A DNA stretch of 32,000 bases from Sphingomonas phage vB_StuS_MMDA13: sequence record MN820898.1, one strand, 5' to 3'. Below, piece by piece: positions 1 to 9,897 of this stretch. The notes beneath the pieces were generated by a model. The model was not told where the DNA came from. It did no database searches and worked only from the letters and a program-made list of their open reading frames with translations. How positions within the stretch are numbered: position 1 is the first letter of the stretch; each line of letters opens with the position of its first letter. The position numbers and the translations under genes are program-made.

Positions 1-2730
1 GGCGCACCCGTGCCACTGATCCTTGGGCGCGTCAAGATGCCCGGCCCGAATACGACTTGGGTTGGCGACTTCAAAGCGGTCGCGATCAAGAAGAAGCAGA
101 AGACCGGTCTGTTCTCGTCCAAGAAGGTGATCATTGGATACACCTACTATGTCGGGCTTGACTTGTGCCTGGCGCTGGGGCGTTGCACGCTGCACAAGAT
201 TGTCAACGATAAGACGACAATCTGGGAAGGCACCGCCAACGCGGACGAGAACGTGCTCAACATCAACTTGCCAAACCTGTTCGGCGGCAAGGAGAAGGGC
301 GGCGGGTTCATTGGAACGCTTCGTTACTATCCTGGCAGCCAGACGCAAGGGGTGAACGCTTACCTCGCGTCGAAGATTGGCGCAGCGGACACCCCTGCCT
401 ATCGTGGGTTCGCGCACCTTGTTCTCGAGCAGCCCAACATCGGTGAGAGCAATCAGCTCCGCGCGATGTGGATGGAGATGTCGCAATACACGAACGGCCT
501 CGGGCTCGCTGGTGGCATCCAGCAGGTCGGTGACGACATGAATCCGATGGAGCTGCTCTACCAAGCGTTCACGCTTGACTGGGGCGGGTTGGACGTATCC
601 CCGGACTTGCTCGACCTTGACTCGCTCAAGGATGCTGCTCAGGTTCTGTTTGATGAGGGCAACGGCATGTCCGTTTGCATCAGCAGCCCGAACGGGGGCA
701 AGGAGATTGCTGACGAAGTTCTGCGCCAAGTGGACGGTCTTATGTATCAGAACCCGGTCACGGGTAAAATGGTCATGAAGCTGATCCGCAACGATTACAA
801 CATCGAAGACCTGCCTGTGTTCGATGAAAGCAACGTGATCGTTATTCGGAACTTCACGTCCAAGCTGTGGGAGGACACGGTCAATCAGGTGCGCGTCAAG
901 TTCACCGACCGCTCGCAGGACTATAAGGACGGGACCGCTATGGTCCAGGACATGGCGAACATCAATGCGCAGGGGCGCATCCGCAGCATCACCAACGCCT
1001 ACCCTGGCGTCATGCTGGGCACGCTTGGCGGTGACCTTGCAACCCGTGACCTGTCCCAAGGGTCTGTCCCGCTGCTCGGTGCAAGCATGGAGCTCAACCG
1101 CGAAGGCGCAGCGCTGCGGCCGGGTGACCCGTTCCTGTGGGCATGGGATCCCTATGGCATCGAACAGGTTGTTATGCGAGTCAAGACGTTCGACCTTGGC
1201 GCACTGAACGACAACCGCATTGTTATCGAAGCCAATCAGGATGAGTTCGCCATCGACCAGACGGTGTTCACCGCGCCCGGCGGCCCGGGCTCGGGGGTTG
1301 TCGTGCCTGACGATCCCGCTGTGGCGTCCCCTGCCAGGCTTGTGCGCGAGGGTGCATACTTCTTCGCAGCCAGCGCGGGGGTTGCACTGTCCCCGAACCA
1401 GACGGTCATCATCGTGTCGGCGGTGGCGCCCACGGGCTCCGAGCAGTTCGACGTCTATACCTCCAATAATGCCGGCGCATCCTATAACTCGTCCGAACAA
1501 GGTCTGGTCTATACCGCGAACGCCAACCTTGTCAATGCTATCACTGCTGGCAGCGGATTGACCAGCGGTATCCTAGGCACTGTGGTTATCAGCACACCCA
1601 CTGAGACCATCGAATCGGTTGCCGCTGGTGATATCCTTGAGGGTGCGGGCCTGTTCTACATTGGGCAGGAACTGTTTGCGCATACCAGCGTCGTCAACAA
1701 CGGCGATGGAACTTGGACGCTCAACAACGTCCGCCGGGCGCTGCTCGATACGGTTCCGACCTCGCACGCTATCGGGGATAAGGTCTGGTTCATTGAGGGT
1801 GACAACGTCATTGACGATGCGATGGACGGCGGGGACACGGTGCGCGTGAAGGTCTGCCCGTCCACATTCCGTGACCAGCTTGACGTCAGCGCGGCGCCTT
1901 ATGATTCGGTCGTGTTGAACTATAGGGCGCAGCGCCCGCTCCGACCGGGTAACGTCAAGTTCAATGGCGGCACTGCATTCACTCCTCCGACCGATGCAAT
2001 TGGATCGCAGACCATCACATGGGCTAACCGTTCGCGCCTGGCGGTTGCTATTCGTAACATTGTGGATACTACGAACGAGTTCGAGGCTGGTCAGCAGACC
2101 GTTATCCGCTACCGCATCAACGGTGGCGGTTGGACCGCTGTCAGCTTTGAGCCCGGAGTGACCACAGGGACGATCAACACGGGTGCCGTCCTTGGCGATG
2201 TTGTGGAATGGGAGATTTACTCCACTTGCAACGGTCTGGATAGCTATTCACGCTGGACGTTCAGCGCGACCGCTGGAGGCGGTGCAAGTTCGGGCGGGGG
2301 TAGCAGCTCCGAGACTGGTGGCGGTAGTCCGCCGGATACGACACCGCCTTATGAGCCTCCGCCGCCCGCTACGACGCAGACAATCATTGCAAGCGAGAAC
2401 CTTGCTGCAAATGACCTTGTCAATGTCTACAACAGCAGCGGAGCTAAGGCGCGGAAGGCTAACGCTACTGACGGGACAAAGCCCGCCCATGGTTACGTGA
2501 AGAAGGCGGTCGTCAGCGGGGATCCCGTTACTGTCTACTTCGACGGGGAGAATGACGGGGTGAGCGGGCTGACCCCGGGCACATACTTCCTGAGCACGAC
2601 GGGCGGTCAGATGCAGACCAGCGCCCCGACGGGCAACGGAAACATCGCTCAGAAGGTCGGTGTTGCAACCGCTTCCGGTTCGTTTGTGTTCGAGCCTGGT
2701 GAGCCTATCGGATTGGTTGTTGTCGCATGA
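1..2730 (+). CDS. Phage tail tip / host-specificity-like protein, 5' end outside the window
   Basis: Open frame continues to base 1 (..GAPVPLILGRVKM..), so the annotated GTG start at 10 is probably internal. N-terminal pattern resembles tail tip attachment proteins; long beta-rich region; C-terminal Gly/Ser/Pro linker followed by an 'ANATDGTKPAHGYVKKAV' module. Confidence 0.7.
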   Translation, partial: GAPVPLILGRVKMPGPNTTWVGDFKAVAIKKKQKTGLFSSKKVIIGYTYYVGLDLCLALGRCTLHKIVNDKTTIWEGTANADENVLNINLPNLFGGKEKGGGFIGTLRYYPGSQTQGVNAYLASKIGAADTPAYRGFAHLVLEQPNIGESNQLRAMWMEMSQYTNGLGLAGGIQQVGDDMNPMELLYQAFTLDWGGLDVSPDLLDLDSLKDAAQVLFDEGNGMSVCISSPNGGKEIADEVLRQVDGLMYQNPVTGKMVMKLIRNDYNIEDLPVFDESNVIVIRNFTSKLWEDTVNQVRVKFTDRSQDYKDGTAMVQDMANINAQGRIRSITNAYPGVMLGTLGGDLATRDLSQGSVPLLGASMELNREGAALRPGDPFLWAWDPYGIEQVVMRVKTFDLGALNDNRIVIEANQDEFAIDQTVFTAPGGPGSGVVVPDDPAVASPARLVREGAYFFAASAGVALSPNQTVIIVSAVAPTGSEQFDVYTSNNAGASYNSSEQGLVYTANANLVNAITAGSGLTSGILGTVVISTPTETIESVAAGDILEGAGLFYIGQELFAHTSVVNNGDGTWTLNNVRRALLDTVPTSHAIGDKVWFIEGDNVIDDAMDGGDTVRVKVCPSTFRDQLDVSAAPYDSVVLNYRAQRPLRPGNVKFNGGTAFTPPTDAIGSQTITWANRSRLAVAIRNIVDTTNEFEAGQQTVIRYRINGGGWTAVSFEPGVTTGTINTGAVLGDVVEWEIYSTCNGLDSYSRWTFSATAGGGASSGGGSSSETGGGSPPDTTPPYEPPPPATTQTIIASENLAANDLVNVYNSSGAKARKANATDGTKPAHGYVKKAVVSGDPVTVYFDGENDGVSGLTPGTYFLSTTGGQMQTSAPTGNGNIAQKVGVATASGSFVFEPGEPIGLVVVA

Positions 2731-3617
2731 CGAGTCGTCGCCCTCTTGTTGTCATCGGTGGACGTATCCAGGAGCTTCCGGCTGGGGATGACGTCGCAGC
2801 GGTCGTGAACGATCCAGAGTTCGTTTATGATACTGTTGCGGATATCCTGCAACAGGGAACAAACATCACTCTGACGTTCAACGATACAACAAACAAGATT
2901 ACGATTGCCTGCGTCGTTGACGCCGAGTATATTCGAGATACGATTGGCGCAGCGCTGGTGCAGGGCACCGGCACAATCCTGTCTGTTAACGATTCCTTGA
3001 ACACGATTACATATTCGGTTGACCCTGAGTATGTTCGGGATGTCATTGCGACTGCGCTGTCAGCGTCCAATGGTGTCGCGCTCACTATTGACGATGCAGG
3101 CGACTCGATGTCGTTGCAAGCGGATCCTGAATACTTCCGCGACCTGATGGGAATGACACTGGTGCAAGGCCCTGGTGTGGTCATCAGTGTTAATGATGCT
3201 GGTAATACCATCACCATCAGCGCGGATGGATCTACAACGATTCCGTTTATCTATGTTCCGGCGGTATTCTATCCCGGCACATTGAAGACAGCCAACATCA
3301 TCATGTTGCGCCATGCCATTGTATCCGATTGCACTCTGCCGGCGAATTGCGCGGGGTCCGCAGGGGGTGGTGAAGCGGATGCGACATCAACGTCAGTCTA
3401 TAAGATCCAGAAATCAACCGCTGCTCTTCCTGATACCTTCACTGATATTGGTGCGATCACCTATAGCAGCGGGACGCATATTCCAACCTTCAGCACTGCG
3501 GGCGGGGTTGACATTAACTTTGCGGTCGGGGATACTTTGCGCGTCGTAAGCCCCGACGTTCCTGATACGACGCTGTCGGATACCAACTTTACGATCTTGA
3601 TGAATCGGAGCTCATAA
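2727..3617 (+). CDS. Putative tail fibre/appendage protein with four tandem ~35-aa repeats
   Basis: ATGA overlap with the upstream ORF; repeats DPEFVYDTVADILQQGTNITLTFNDTTNKITI / DAEYIRDTIGAALVQGTGTILSVNDSLNTITY / DPEYVRDVIATALSASNGVALTIDDAGDSMSL / DPEYFRDLMGMTLVQGPGVVISVNDAGNTITI. Confidence 0.6.
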   Translation: MTSRRPLVVIGGRIQELPAGDDVAAVVNDPEFVYDTVADILQQGTNITLTFNDTTNKITIACVVDAEYIRDTIGAALVQGTGTILSVNDSLNTITYSVDPEYVRDVIATALSASNGVALTIDDAGDSMSLQADPEYFRDLMGMTLVQGPGVVISVNDAGNTITISADGSTTIPFIYVPAVFYPGTLKTANIIMLRHAIVSDCTLPANCAGSAGGGEADATSTSVYKIQKSTAALPDTFTDIGAITYSSGTHIPTFSTAGGVDINFAVGDTLRVVSPDVPDTTLSDTNFTILMNRSS

Positions 3618-4669
3618 TGACCGTCCAACTCTTTGCATCTACCGACGCGTCGGCCCCGGTTCTCACCGGGCAGAACGGTTCTCTTGTGGCACTGCTCGAC
3701 GCTTGCTTGGTGAACGGCTATGGTTCCAAGTCCGGCGCAGGCTGGTCCATTGCCTACACCACAACGAACAAGCGCGCTTATCGCCAGGCGACGTCCGGAG
3801 GTAACAGCGCGGGGCTTTATTGCTATATCGATGACACTGGCCCCGGGGGAGGCGCTGGTCGTGAGGCGCGTGTCTGTGGCTTCGAGACCATGTCGGCTAT
3901 CACTCCGGTTGGCACCGGGCAGTTCCCGAACAGCACGCAGTCATCGATTGACGCAGGCTACCTTGTCATCCGTAAGTCCAACACGAACGACGCTACCGCT
4001 CGCAAGTGGTATGTGATCGCCGACCAGCACACATTCTATCTGTTCGTCGAAATTGGCGACAATAACGCGCCGAACCTGACTGGTGACGGCTTCATGTTTG
4101 GCGACTTCGAATCCTACAAGTCGGGGGACGCTTATGCGGTCATGATCATTGGCCGCACCCGTGAGAACACTGGCGACCCGCGAGGTGGAAACATTTCTCT
4201 CATTCCGGGGGCTGCCAGCTATGGCGTCAATAATAATTTGTCCGGTCACTTCATTGCGCGCCACTGGAACCAGAGTGCTGTCTCGGTTCGCGCGGGCAAG
4301 CTGTTTGACAGCAGCCGAACAAACATGACGTCATCCTGGGCTGGTGACAACAGCGACTATCAGAACGAAGGCGGTTGCGCACCGGGCTTCTGCAACGACT
4401 CCCAGCGCGCACCGTTCCCGAACCCGGTCGACGGCGCAATGTGGATGGCTCCATTCTACGTCAACCAGAATGGTATTCGCGGATATCTACGTGGCTTGTG
4501 GGGCCCGATGCACCAATGGCCGCTCAACCCCGGCGACACTTTTACCGTCGGCTCGGGGGAGCTGTCAGGTAAGAGCTTTGTTGCAACCGCTGGCGTTATC
4601 GCTATTCCCGGTGGACCGCAATCGCGCCCCACTCAATTCTTTGTTGAGTTCTCGGATACCTGGCCATGA
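3617..4669 (+). CDS. Putative virion structural protein
   Basis: Long ORF in the tail block, overlapping both neighbours by a few bases; no specific family recognised. Confidence 0.55.
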   Translation: MTVQLFASTDASAPVLTGQNGSLVALLDACLVNGYGSKSGAGWSIAYTTTNKRAYRQATSGGNSAGLYCYIDDTGPGGGAGREARVCGFETMSAITPVGTGQFPNSTQSSIDAGYLVIRKSNTNDATARKWYVIADQHTFYLFVEIGDNNAPNLTGDGFMFGDFESYKSGDAYAVMIIGRTRENTGDPRGGNISLIPGAASYGVNNNLSGHFIARHWNQSAVSVRAGKLFDSSRTNMTSSWAGDNSDYQNEGGCAPGFCNDSQRAPFPNPVDGAMWMAPFYVNQNGIRGYLRGLWGPMHQWPLNPGDTFTVGSGELSGKSFVATAGVIAIPGGPQSRPTQFFVEFSDTWP

Positions 4670-6228
4670 GTTACGACGCCTTTCTCGATAACATGAGGTC
4701 GTCCTCGACGACCGATCCCGATCGCCCTAAGCTGACCGGAGGTAAGACCGGCGCGAATCCGAACGTCGTTCAGAGTAAGGCTGTAATCAACAGCTTGACC
4801 GCTGTTCTGCCCGGAGCGCCCACGCAAGGCAACCTTCTTGTCGCGTTCGGCACACACTGGAACAACAATGCGGGTGCAATCAACGGCTATACGATGCACA
4901 CCATGATCAACGGTGTCACGAACGCTGGCATCATGGTAGCCACAAAAATTGCGGGCGCCGGGGAGAGCGCAACGCAGACACCTTTCACTGTCGGCGGAAC
5001 TTCGAACATGATTGCAGTGTTCGAGATGTCTGGTGCGCAAGCTGTCACCGAAGTGAACTATATCAAAGAATCAGCATCGAATCCTGCCACCGTTACCGGA
5101 CAGGCTTCCGAAACTGATATCATTGTTGGCATGTTTGCTCAGCAGATTGCAAACGATCCATTTTCGCTGTCAGGGGATACATCAACAGCGATTGAAAACA
5201 TCACGGGCACATCGGGCGCTGATAGTCCGCATCGTCTTCAGACGTTTGCATACGATCCAACCTCAACTCAACTGTCCATGACTGCCACTCTGACCGCTGG
5301 AGCAAGCGCACGCATGGCAGCGCTGCTCGTGGCGGTCAGCTCGCAGCCCATGAACCGCGGCCGTGTGGTCATTGGAAGGTATGCCTCCTCAGTTGCTATG
5401 GCACCGCGCAATCCAGTTGGCAACTTCTACTTCGAAGCTGAATGTAAAGTGATTGCAGGCACCCCAGGCGTCGGCATTTGTGACGCTGCCTACGGTCATA
5501 GCTGGAACGCACTGGGCGCGGGAACTTTGAATGTTGTTTATCAATCGAACGGGCAAGTCCGCTTCAACAGCACAACTCTTGCAACAATCGACACATGGAC
5601 TGCGGGCGACCGAATTGATGTGGCAGTAGATGTTCCGCAGAAGCTTATCTGGTTTCGTAAGAACGGCGCCAGCTGGAACAATGATGGCACTGCCAACCCC
5701 GCGACCAGCACTGGAGGTATCAGCTACGCAGCGATGACCGGCAATCAGCCTCTTCCCGCAATTAGCTTTTCGACTATCGGAACGACGTTCGATACCAATT
5801 TCGATGCGGTTGACTTCGTTGGCACGCCACCGAGCGGGTTTAACTCAGTATCTGACGTCGTTGTTGCAACAGCGCGGTCCAGCTCGGATCCAACGAATCC
5901 TCCGTTCATTGTTAGTGCTATGGAGAACGACGAAGTCGTTTACATGGTTCCGGATCTTGCGTTTGCGATCAGACCGACTTCACCTGCTGGTCCGGTAAAG
6001 GTCTTGGCGGGCGAAGTTCGTGAGAACGATATCGGAGTTCCCGGGCGCCTTGTTCGTGTCCACCATAGGGCTACAGGCGATCTTATCGGTGAGTTCCGCA
6101 CTGCGCCCGATGGCAGCTTTCTCATTCCTGTGCAGTTCGGTGACGTCCCGCACTATATCATCGCGTTCGACGACCCCGAAGGGGAAGATTACAACGCGAA
6201 GATCTATGATAATGTGATCCCCGGCTGA
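4666..6228 (+). CDS. Putative tail protein with SPRY-like domain
   Basis: ATGA overlap; central region 'NFYFEAECKV..GVGICDA..SWNALGAG..VVYQSNGQVRFNS...DRIDVAVDVPQKLIWFRKNG..W' resembles a SPRY/B30.2-type fold; C-terminal 'DPTNPPFIV..GEVRENDIGVPGRLVRVHHRATGDLIGEFRTAPDGSF' carboxypeptidase-regulatory-like segment. Confidence 0.55.
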   Translation: MSYDAFLDNMRSSSTTDPDRPKLTGGKTGANPNVVQSKAVINSLTAVLPGAPTQGNLLVAFGTHWNNNAGAINGYTMHTMINGVTNAGIMVATKIAGAGESATQTPFTVGGTSNMIAVFEMSGAQAVTEVNYIKESASNPATVTGQASETDIIVGMFAQQIANDPFSLSGDTSTAIENITGTSGADSPHRLQTFAYDPTSTQLSMTATLTAGASARMAALLVAVSSQPMNRGRVVIGRYASSVAMAPRNPVGNFYFEAECKVIAGTPGVGICDAAYGHSWNALGAGTLNVVYQSNGQVRFNSTTLATIDTWTAGDRIDVAVDVPQKLIWFRKNGASWNNDGTANPATSTGGISYAAMTGNQPLPAISFSTIGTTFDTNFDAVDFVGTPPSGFNSVSDVVVATARSSSDPTNPPFIVSAMENDEVVYMVPDLAFAIRPTSPAGPVKVLAGEVRENDIGVPGRLVRVHHRATGDLIGEFRTAPDGSFLIPVQFGDVPHYIIAFDDPEGEDYNAKIYDNVIPG

Positions 6229-6392
6229 TGGCATACACCCCTCCAGTCACTCCCGACATCATCTTCAACTTCGTTACGCCCGAGTATATTGCTCCGGTTA
6301 CGCCCGACATTATCTTCGAAATGACAACGGAAGATGACGGTGGTGGCAGCGGTAACGACCCCCGCCGCGTGCAGATCTTTGTGATCACCTAA
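6228..6392 (+). CDS. Small 54-aa protein, missed by the ORF track
   Basis: TGATG coupled start; MAYTPPVTPDIIFNFVTPEYIAPVTPDIIFEMTTEDDGGGSGNDPRRVQIFVIT; internal duplication of VTPDIIF. Confidence 0.55.
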   Translation: MAYTPPVTPDIIFNFVTPEYIAPVTPDIIFEMTTEDDGGGSGNDPRRVQIFVIT

Positions 6393-6416
6393 AAGAATGC
6401 GCTTGCGCCGGGGTAG

Positions 6417-6473
6417 CAGGGGCGATCGGTAGCTTGCCGCCGTTAGGGTAGCACCCCGCACCGATCGCCCCTG
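6417..6473. terminator. Hairpin between convergent gene blocks, likely bidirectional terminator
   Basis: 14-bp perfect arms caggggcgatcggt (6417-6430) / accgatcgcccctg (6460-6473), 29-nt loop, between the end of the + block (6392) and the end of the - block (6497). Confidence 0.6.
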
Positions 6474-6496
6474 TAGCCGCCTTAAAACCGAAGGTC

Positions 6497-8722
6497 CTAA
6501 GCTGCCTGTTCCTGAATTGCGCCAATGTCGCGCAGGATGCGGGTTGCCTCATTGATATACCAGTCGTGATCCACGTCGTCGGGGACCAGATGGTTATCGT
6601 TGTAGGCCATGCAAGGCATAGCTCCGTCGGAGCGTGGAACCTTGTTACCGCTCATTGCGTAGACCAGCTCACCCTCGACATTCTTGGCATAATACCAGCG
6701 CACCGTCTTGCCAACGAACTCGGTCTCGCCCGGGACCGCAAGCTGCTCACATGCCACCTTGTAAGCGGTCTCAGTGTGGCGGGCATAGCGGTCGGACTCA
6801 CCCTCGCGGATCCAGGAGTCCTTAGCGAACTCGATAAAGCCCGCAGCTCGGATAAGCTCTTCCTTGCTGCTATGCTCAGGGATGGTGCTGCTCCACACCT
6901 TCACCGCTCCACCCTTCACCGAACGCACCGTGACGAACTTGCGAATGTCCCGCTCGTTGCGGATAGTGTGGTCAAGCGGAACACCCTTGATCAGCAGCGC
7001 TTCAACCGCTTCAACGCAGACGGTTGTCGTCGGGTTCTTGTGCAGACGCATCGCAAGGTTCTTCGGGTCGTTCCACGGGTTGGCATAAGCACCCTTGCAC
7101 TTCGTGCCGTCCGGAACCTCCAGCCAAGTGTTCGTTGCCTTATCGAACTTCTGCTTGACTGCGATGTAGTTGTTGACGTCGCGAGAGTAGAGCGACAGGT
7201 AGCGCGTCTCTTCGGTCTTGTATTGCGTGCGCTGCTCCCATTCAGCCACAACAGCGTCAAGGACGTGGACCGCGTTGCGCGGGCACTTAATGACGATGCC
7301 GTCGGTGTTGGCGCTGACCACATGGATGCCAGCGTATTCCAGCATCTCGATCAGCAGCAGGATGCTCAGCTGCCCGGTCAGGGTTGTCTGCGTCAGGAAG
7401 TTCGGCGCATACAGGATTGAATACTTAGACCCGAACTTGCCGAACGATCCGTTGATGACAATCTTGAGCGAGTCCGCGACGGGCTTGTTCCCGTCCGCCT
7501 TCGCCTTCAGGCGCCGGTCAACGATGGTGCGATACACCTGGAGGAACACTGGTCCCAAGTGCTCGGGATACATACCCTGATTCAGAATGATGCGCGGGTA
7601 GAAGGACTCAACGTCCTTGTCAATAATGATGTAGTCTTTGTCGGTATGGTGCGCCACCGTGCTTTCGGTGCTGTGCAACCCGCCGATGCCCATCGTGTAG
7701 ATGGTGCCGTTGATGTCCAGCTTGAGGTCCTTGATCTCCTCGGGCATAGCGATGGAGCCGGTGTAGTCCACCACGAACTTGGCGCGTGCCACAACCCCGA
7801 GCGCCCACTGCATGAGCGGTGAACGGAACTGCATCCACGGTGGCACCTGATAGCGGAACGTCGTGCCAACCTCGATCTCTGGCTTCTTGGGGCGAACCCC
7901 CGTGCGCCGCTGGAGCTCCGCTGCCATAACCGCCTCAGCGATCTGCGCATCGGACTTGGACCGCAAGTCAACCTTGTATTCGTTCGACAGCGTATAGCGC
8001 AACTCGATCTGCTCTTTGAGCGTCTCTCGGAGGTGCGCGGTGTTGTGCGTGTCGTTGACGCAATACCAGCGCACGATCGCAATCTGTTCGGGCGACAGCA
8101 GGGTGGCAGGGTGGAACGGCAGATCCTGCATCTTGCGGGAGTGCATCCGCCCAGCGTAACCCTTCAGGCTGGCGAACAACGGCGCGACCTCAATCAAGTC
8201 AATGTGGTCACACTTGATCGCCTGCGCCTTGTTTTTGCGCCGAACGTCGCTGCCACGCATCTCCTCGGCAATGATCTGGTCCGACGCACGCTTCAGCGCT
8301 GCCAGCGACAGCCCGTGGACCGCCATCTCGCACATCGGAATGTCGTAGTTGATCCCGTTGAACGTGACGCAAGTGTAGTTCTCCAGGAGCCACTTCAGCT
8401 TGCGCCTATCCAGCGGTGGGCCACCCTCGTATTCCTCGACCAGTGCAATCTTGCCTGTCACAAGGTTCGTGAAGATGACAAGGAAGTAATTCCCATAACA
8501 CTCCACGTCGGTGATAAGCTCCTGCCGCTGCTGGCGCGCAATGGCAAGGTCTTCCAGCGTCATATATTGGACGGGGAACCGAAGGGCTTCAGCGAGGCCT
8601 GGGAGGTAGGAGGGGTCAAGCCACGTAGGCTTGGGCGGGATGCGCTTTACCTGTTCCTTCTTAGGAGGTTTCGGCGGTGGCGTGTCATCCCAAAAGAATC
8701 CGATTGAATCGTTGCGTGCCAT
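6497..8722 (-). CDS. Family B-type DNA polymerase with 3'-5' exonuclease domain
   Basis: Exo motifs TDVECYG, FNGINYDIP, YCVNDTHNT; Pol motif A DVESFYPRIIL, motif B KIVINGSFGKFG, motif C ANTDGIVI. Confidence 0.85.
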   Translation of the reverse strand: MARNDSIGFFWDDTPPPKPPKKEQVKRIPPKPTWLDPSYLPGLAEALRFPVQYMTLEDLAIARQQRQELITDVECYGNYFLVIFTNLVTGKIALVEEYEGGPPLDRRKLKWLLENYTCVTFNGINYDIPMCEMAVHGLSLAALKRASDQIIAEEMRGSDVRRKNKAQAIKCDHIDLIEVAPLFASLKGYAGRMHSRKMQDLPFHPATLLSPEQIAIVRWYCVNDTHNTAHLRETLKEQIELRYTLSNEYKVDLRSKSDAQIAEAVMAAELQRRTGVRPKKPEIEVGTTFRYQVPPWMQFRSPLMQWALGVVARAKFVVDYTGSIAMPEEIKDLKLDINGTIYTMGIGGLHSTESTVAHHTDKDYIIIDKDVESFYPRIILNQGMYPEHLGPVFLQVYRTIVDRRLKAKADGNKPVADSLKIVINGSFGKFGSKYSILYAPNFLTQTTLTGQLSILLLIEMLEYAGIHVVSANTDGIVIKCPRNAVHVLDAVVAEWEQRTQYKTEETRYLSLYSRDVNNYIAVKQKFDKATNTWLEVPDGTKCKGAYANPWNDPKNLAMRLHKNPTTTVCVEAVEALLIKGVPLDHTIRNERDIRKFVTVRSVKGGAVKVWSSTIPEHSSKEELIRAAGFIEFAKDSWIREGESDRYARHTETAYKVACEQLAVPGETEFVGKTVRWYYAKNVEGELVYAMSGNKVPRSDGAMPCMAYNDNHLVPDDVDHDWYINEATRILRDIGAIQEQAA

Positions 8723-8773
8723 GTCTTACTCCGGAGGCAATATAGCGTGCCGTGGCGCTGGTAGATGTGGAGC

Positions 8774-8905
8774 TTATCGGTTGTTCGGTTTGCGCTTGAC
8801 TGTCTTTGGCTTCTCCTTCATTGCACCGTTACAGGTTGGACAACCCTTCCGGTCGTATAGATACATCTTGCCACAGGACGTGCATTTGACCTTGCGCCTG
8901 CGCAT
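8774..8905 (-). CDS. 43-aa zinc-ribbon protein, missed by the ORF track
   Basis: MRRRKVKCTSCGKMYLYDRKGCPTCNGAMKEKPKTVKRKPNNR; two CxxC knuckles; TGATG coupling to the upstream clamp gene. Confidence 0.6.
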   Translation of the reverse strand: MRRRKVKCTSCGKMYLYDRKGCPTCNGAMKEKPKTVKRKPNNR

Positions 8906-9897
8906 CAGCCGTTCACCGAGAACGCTTGCCCCTCGAAGTGGCTGCGCATACCGACAATCGCTCCGCGCAGGCGCTGCCCGAAGAACAGCGCGGGGTCGGG
9001 GTATAGGGTAAAGTCCGCGTGAGTCACCACACCCTCCAGCAAGCTCAGCATTGCGATGTTATAGCAGCCCTGGAACTCCAGCCCGTCGACCTCGTAGCTG
9101 CCACCCTGCTCCTCTTCGGTATGCGTCGTCAGCAAACCGTAGTTGATATAGATCCGGTTGCTGCCGTCGCTGAGGCGGTTCAGCTTGTTGATTGCGTCGA
9201 ACAGGTCCGGTGGCACCGCAACAGGCTTGTTATCCCGGTTCAGGATCTTCTGGATCATTTCGAAGGGCCACTCGACACCGAGTAGCTGAGTGCGGATCCA
9301 CCGACCGTCCTCGTAGTGGAACGTGATAGAGTTGCCCGCCAGCTGGGCGTGCGTCGGAGGTTCGTCAACGCGAAGCATCTCTTTGATTGCAGCGCGAGGA
9401 ATGTTGATCTGACGCGGGAACGGTGCGCCCAGCCAATACTCAACGATACAGGTGTTGTTCGTTGCGAAAGCAGACTGCCCGTTCAGCAGGATGCCGTTCG
9501 TCCATGGGCGCGATGCGTCGTTACCGATGAAGGGGTAGAGCACCTTGATCGCTTCGAACAGCGCGGGGCCGTCGAAGTGCAGTGGCTCACCCTCGGGAAC
9601 GGGGTGGAAGCCGGTGTCCTGAGTGTTCTCAACGAACGCACGGAACTTGCCACTTTGCACGCGGAGCTTGCCGCCAGGCGTCATGGACAGCGTTATGACG
9701 TCGTCGCATTGCGTGATCGCCTTCACAAGCTGGTCCGCCTTGGGGCAACAGTCAATGTTGAAGGGAAGCGGGCTGCTGATTGCCAGCGTGCCGTTATAGC
9801 TGCGCACGTGACCGTTCTGGATCTGGAAGTGCGTCATTGCGGGCAGCAAATCCTTCTTGCCCACCGCGCCCATAACGAACTTGAGTTCCTTCAGCAT
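8905..9897 (-). CDS. DNA polymerase III beta-like sliding clamp (divergent)
   Basis: 'LLPAMTHFQIQNGHVRSYNGTLAISSPL...' opening and beta-clamp-like repeated alpha/beta pattern; adjacent to DNA polymerase. Confidence 0.55.
   Translation of the reverse strand: MLKELKFVMGAVGKKDLLPAMTHFQIQNGHVRSYNGTLAISSPLPFNIDCCPKADQLVKAITQCDDVITLSMTPGGKLRVQSGKFRAFVENTQDTGFHPVPEGEPLHFDGPALFEAIKVLYPFIGNDASRPWTNGILLNGQSAFATNNTCIVEYWLGAPFPRQINIPRAAIKEMLRVDEPPTHAQLAGNSITFHYEDGRWIRTQLLGVEWPFEMIQKILNRDNKPVAVPPDLFDAINKLNRLSDGSNRIYINYGLLTTHTEEEQGGSYEVDGLEFQGCYNIAMLSLLEGVVTHADFTLYPDPALFFGQRLRGAIVGMRSHFEGQAFSVNG

Noticed and set aside
6566-7420. 284-aa + strand ORF
   Set aside because: Antisense to the conserved DNA polymerase; no RBS or recognisable domain.
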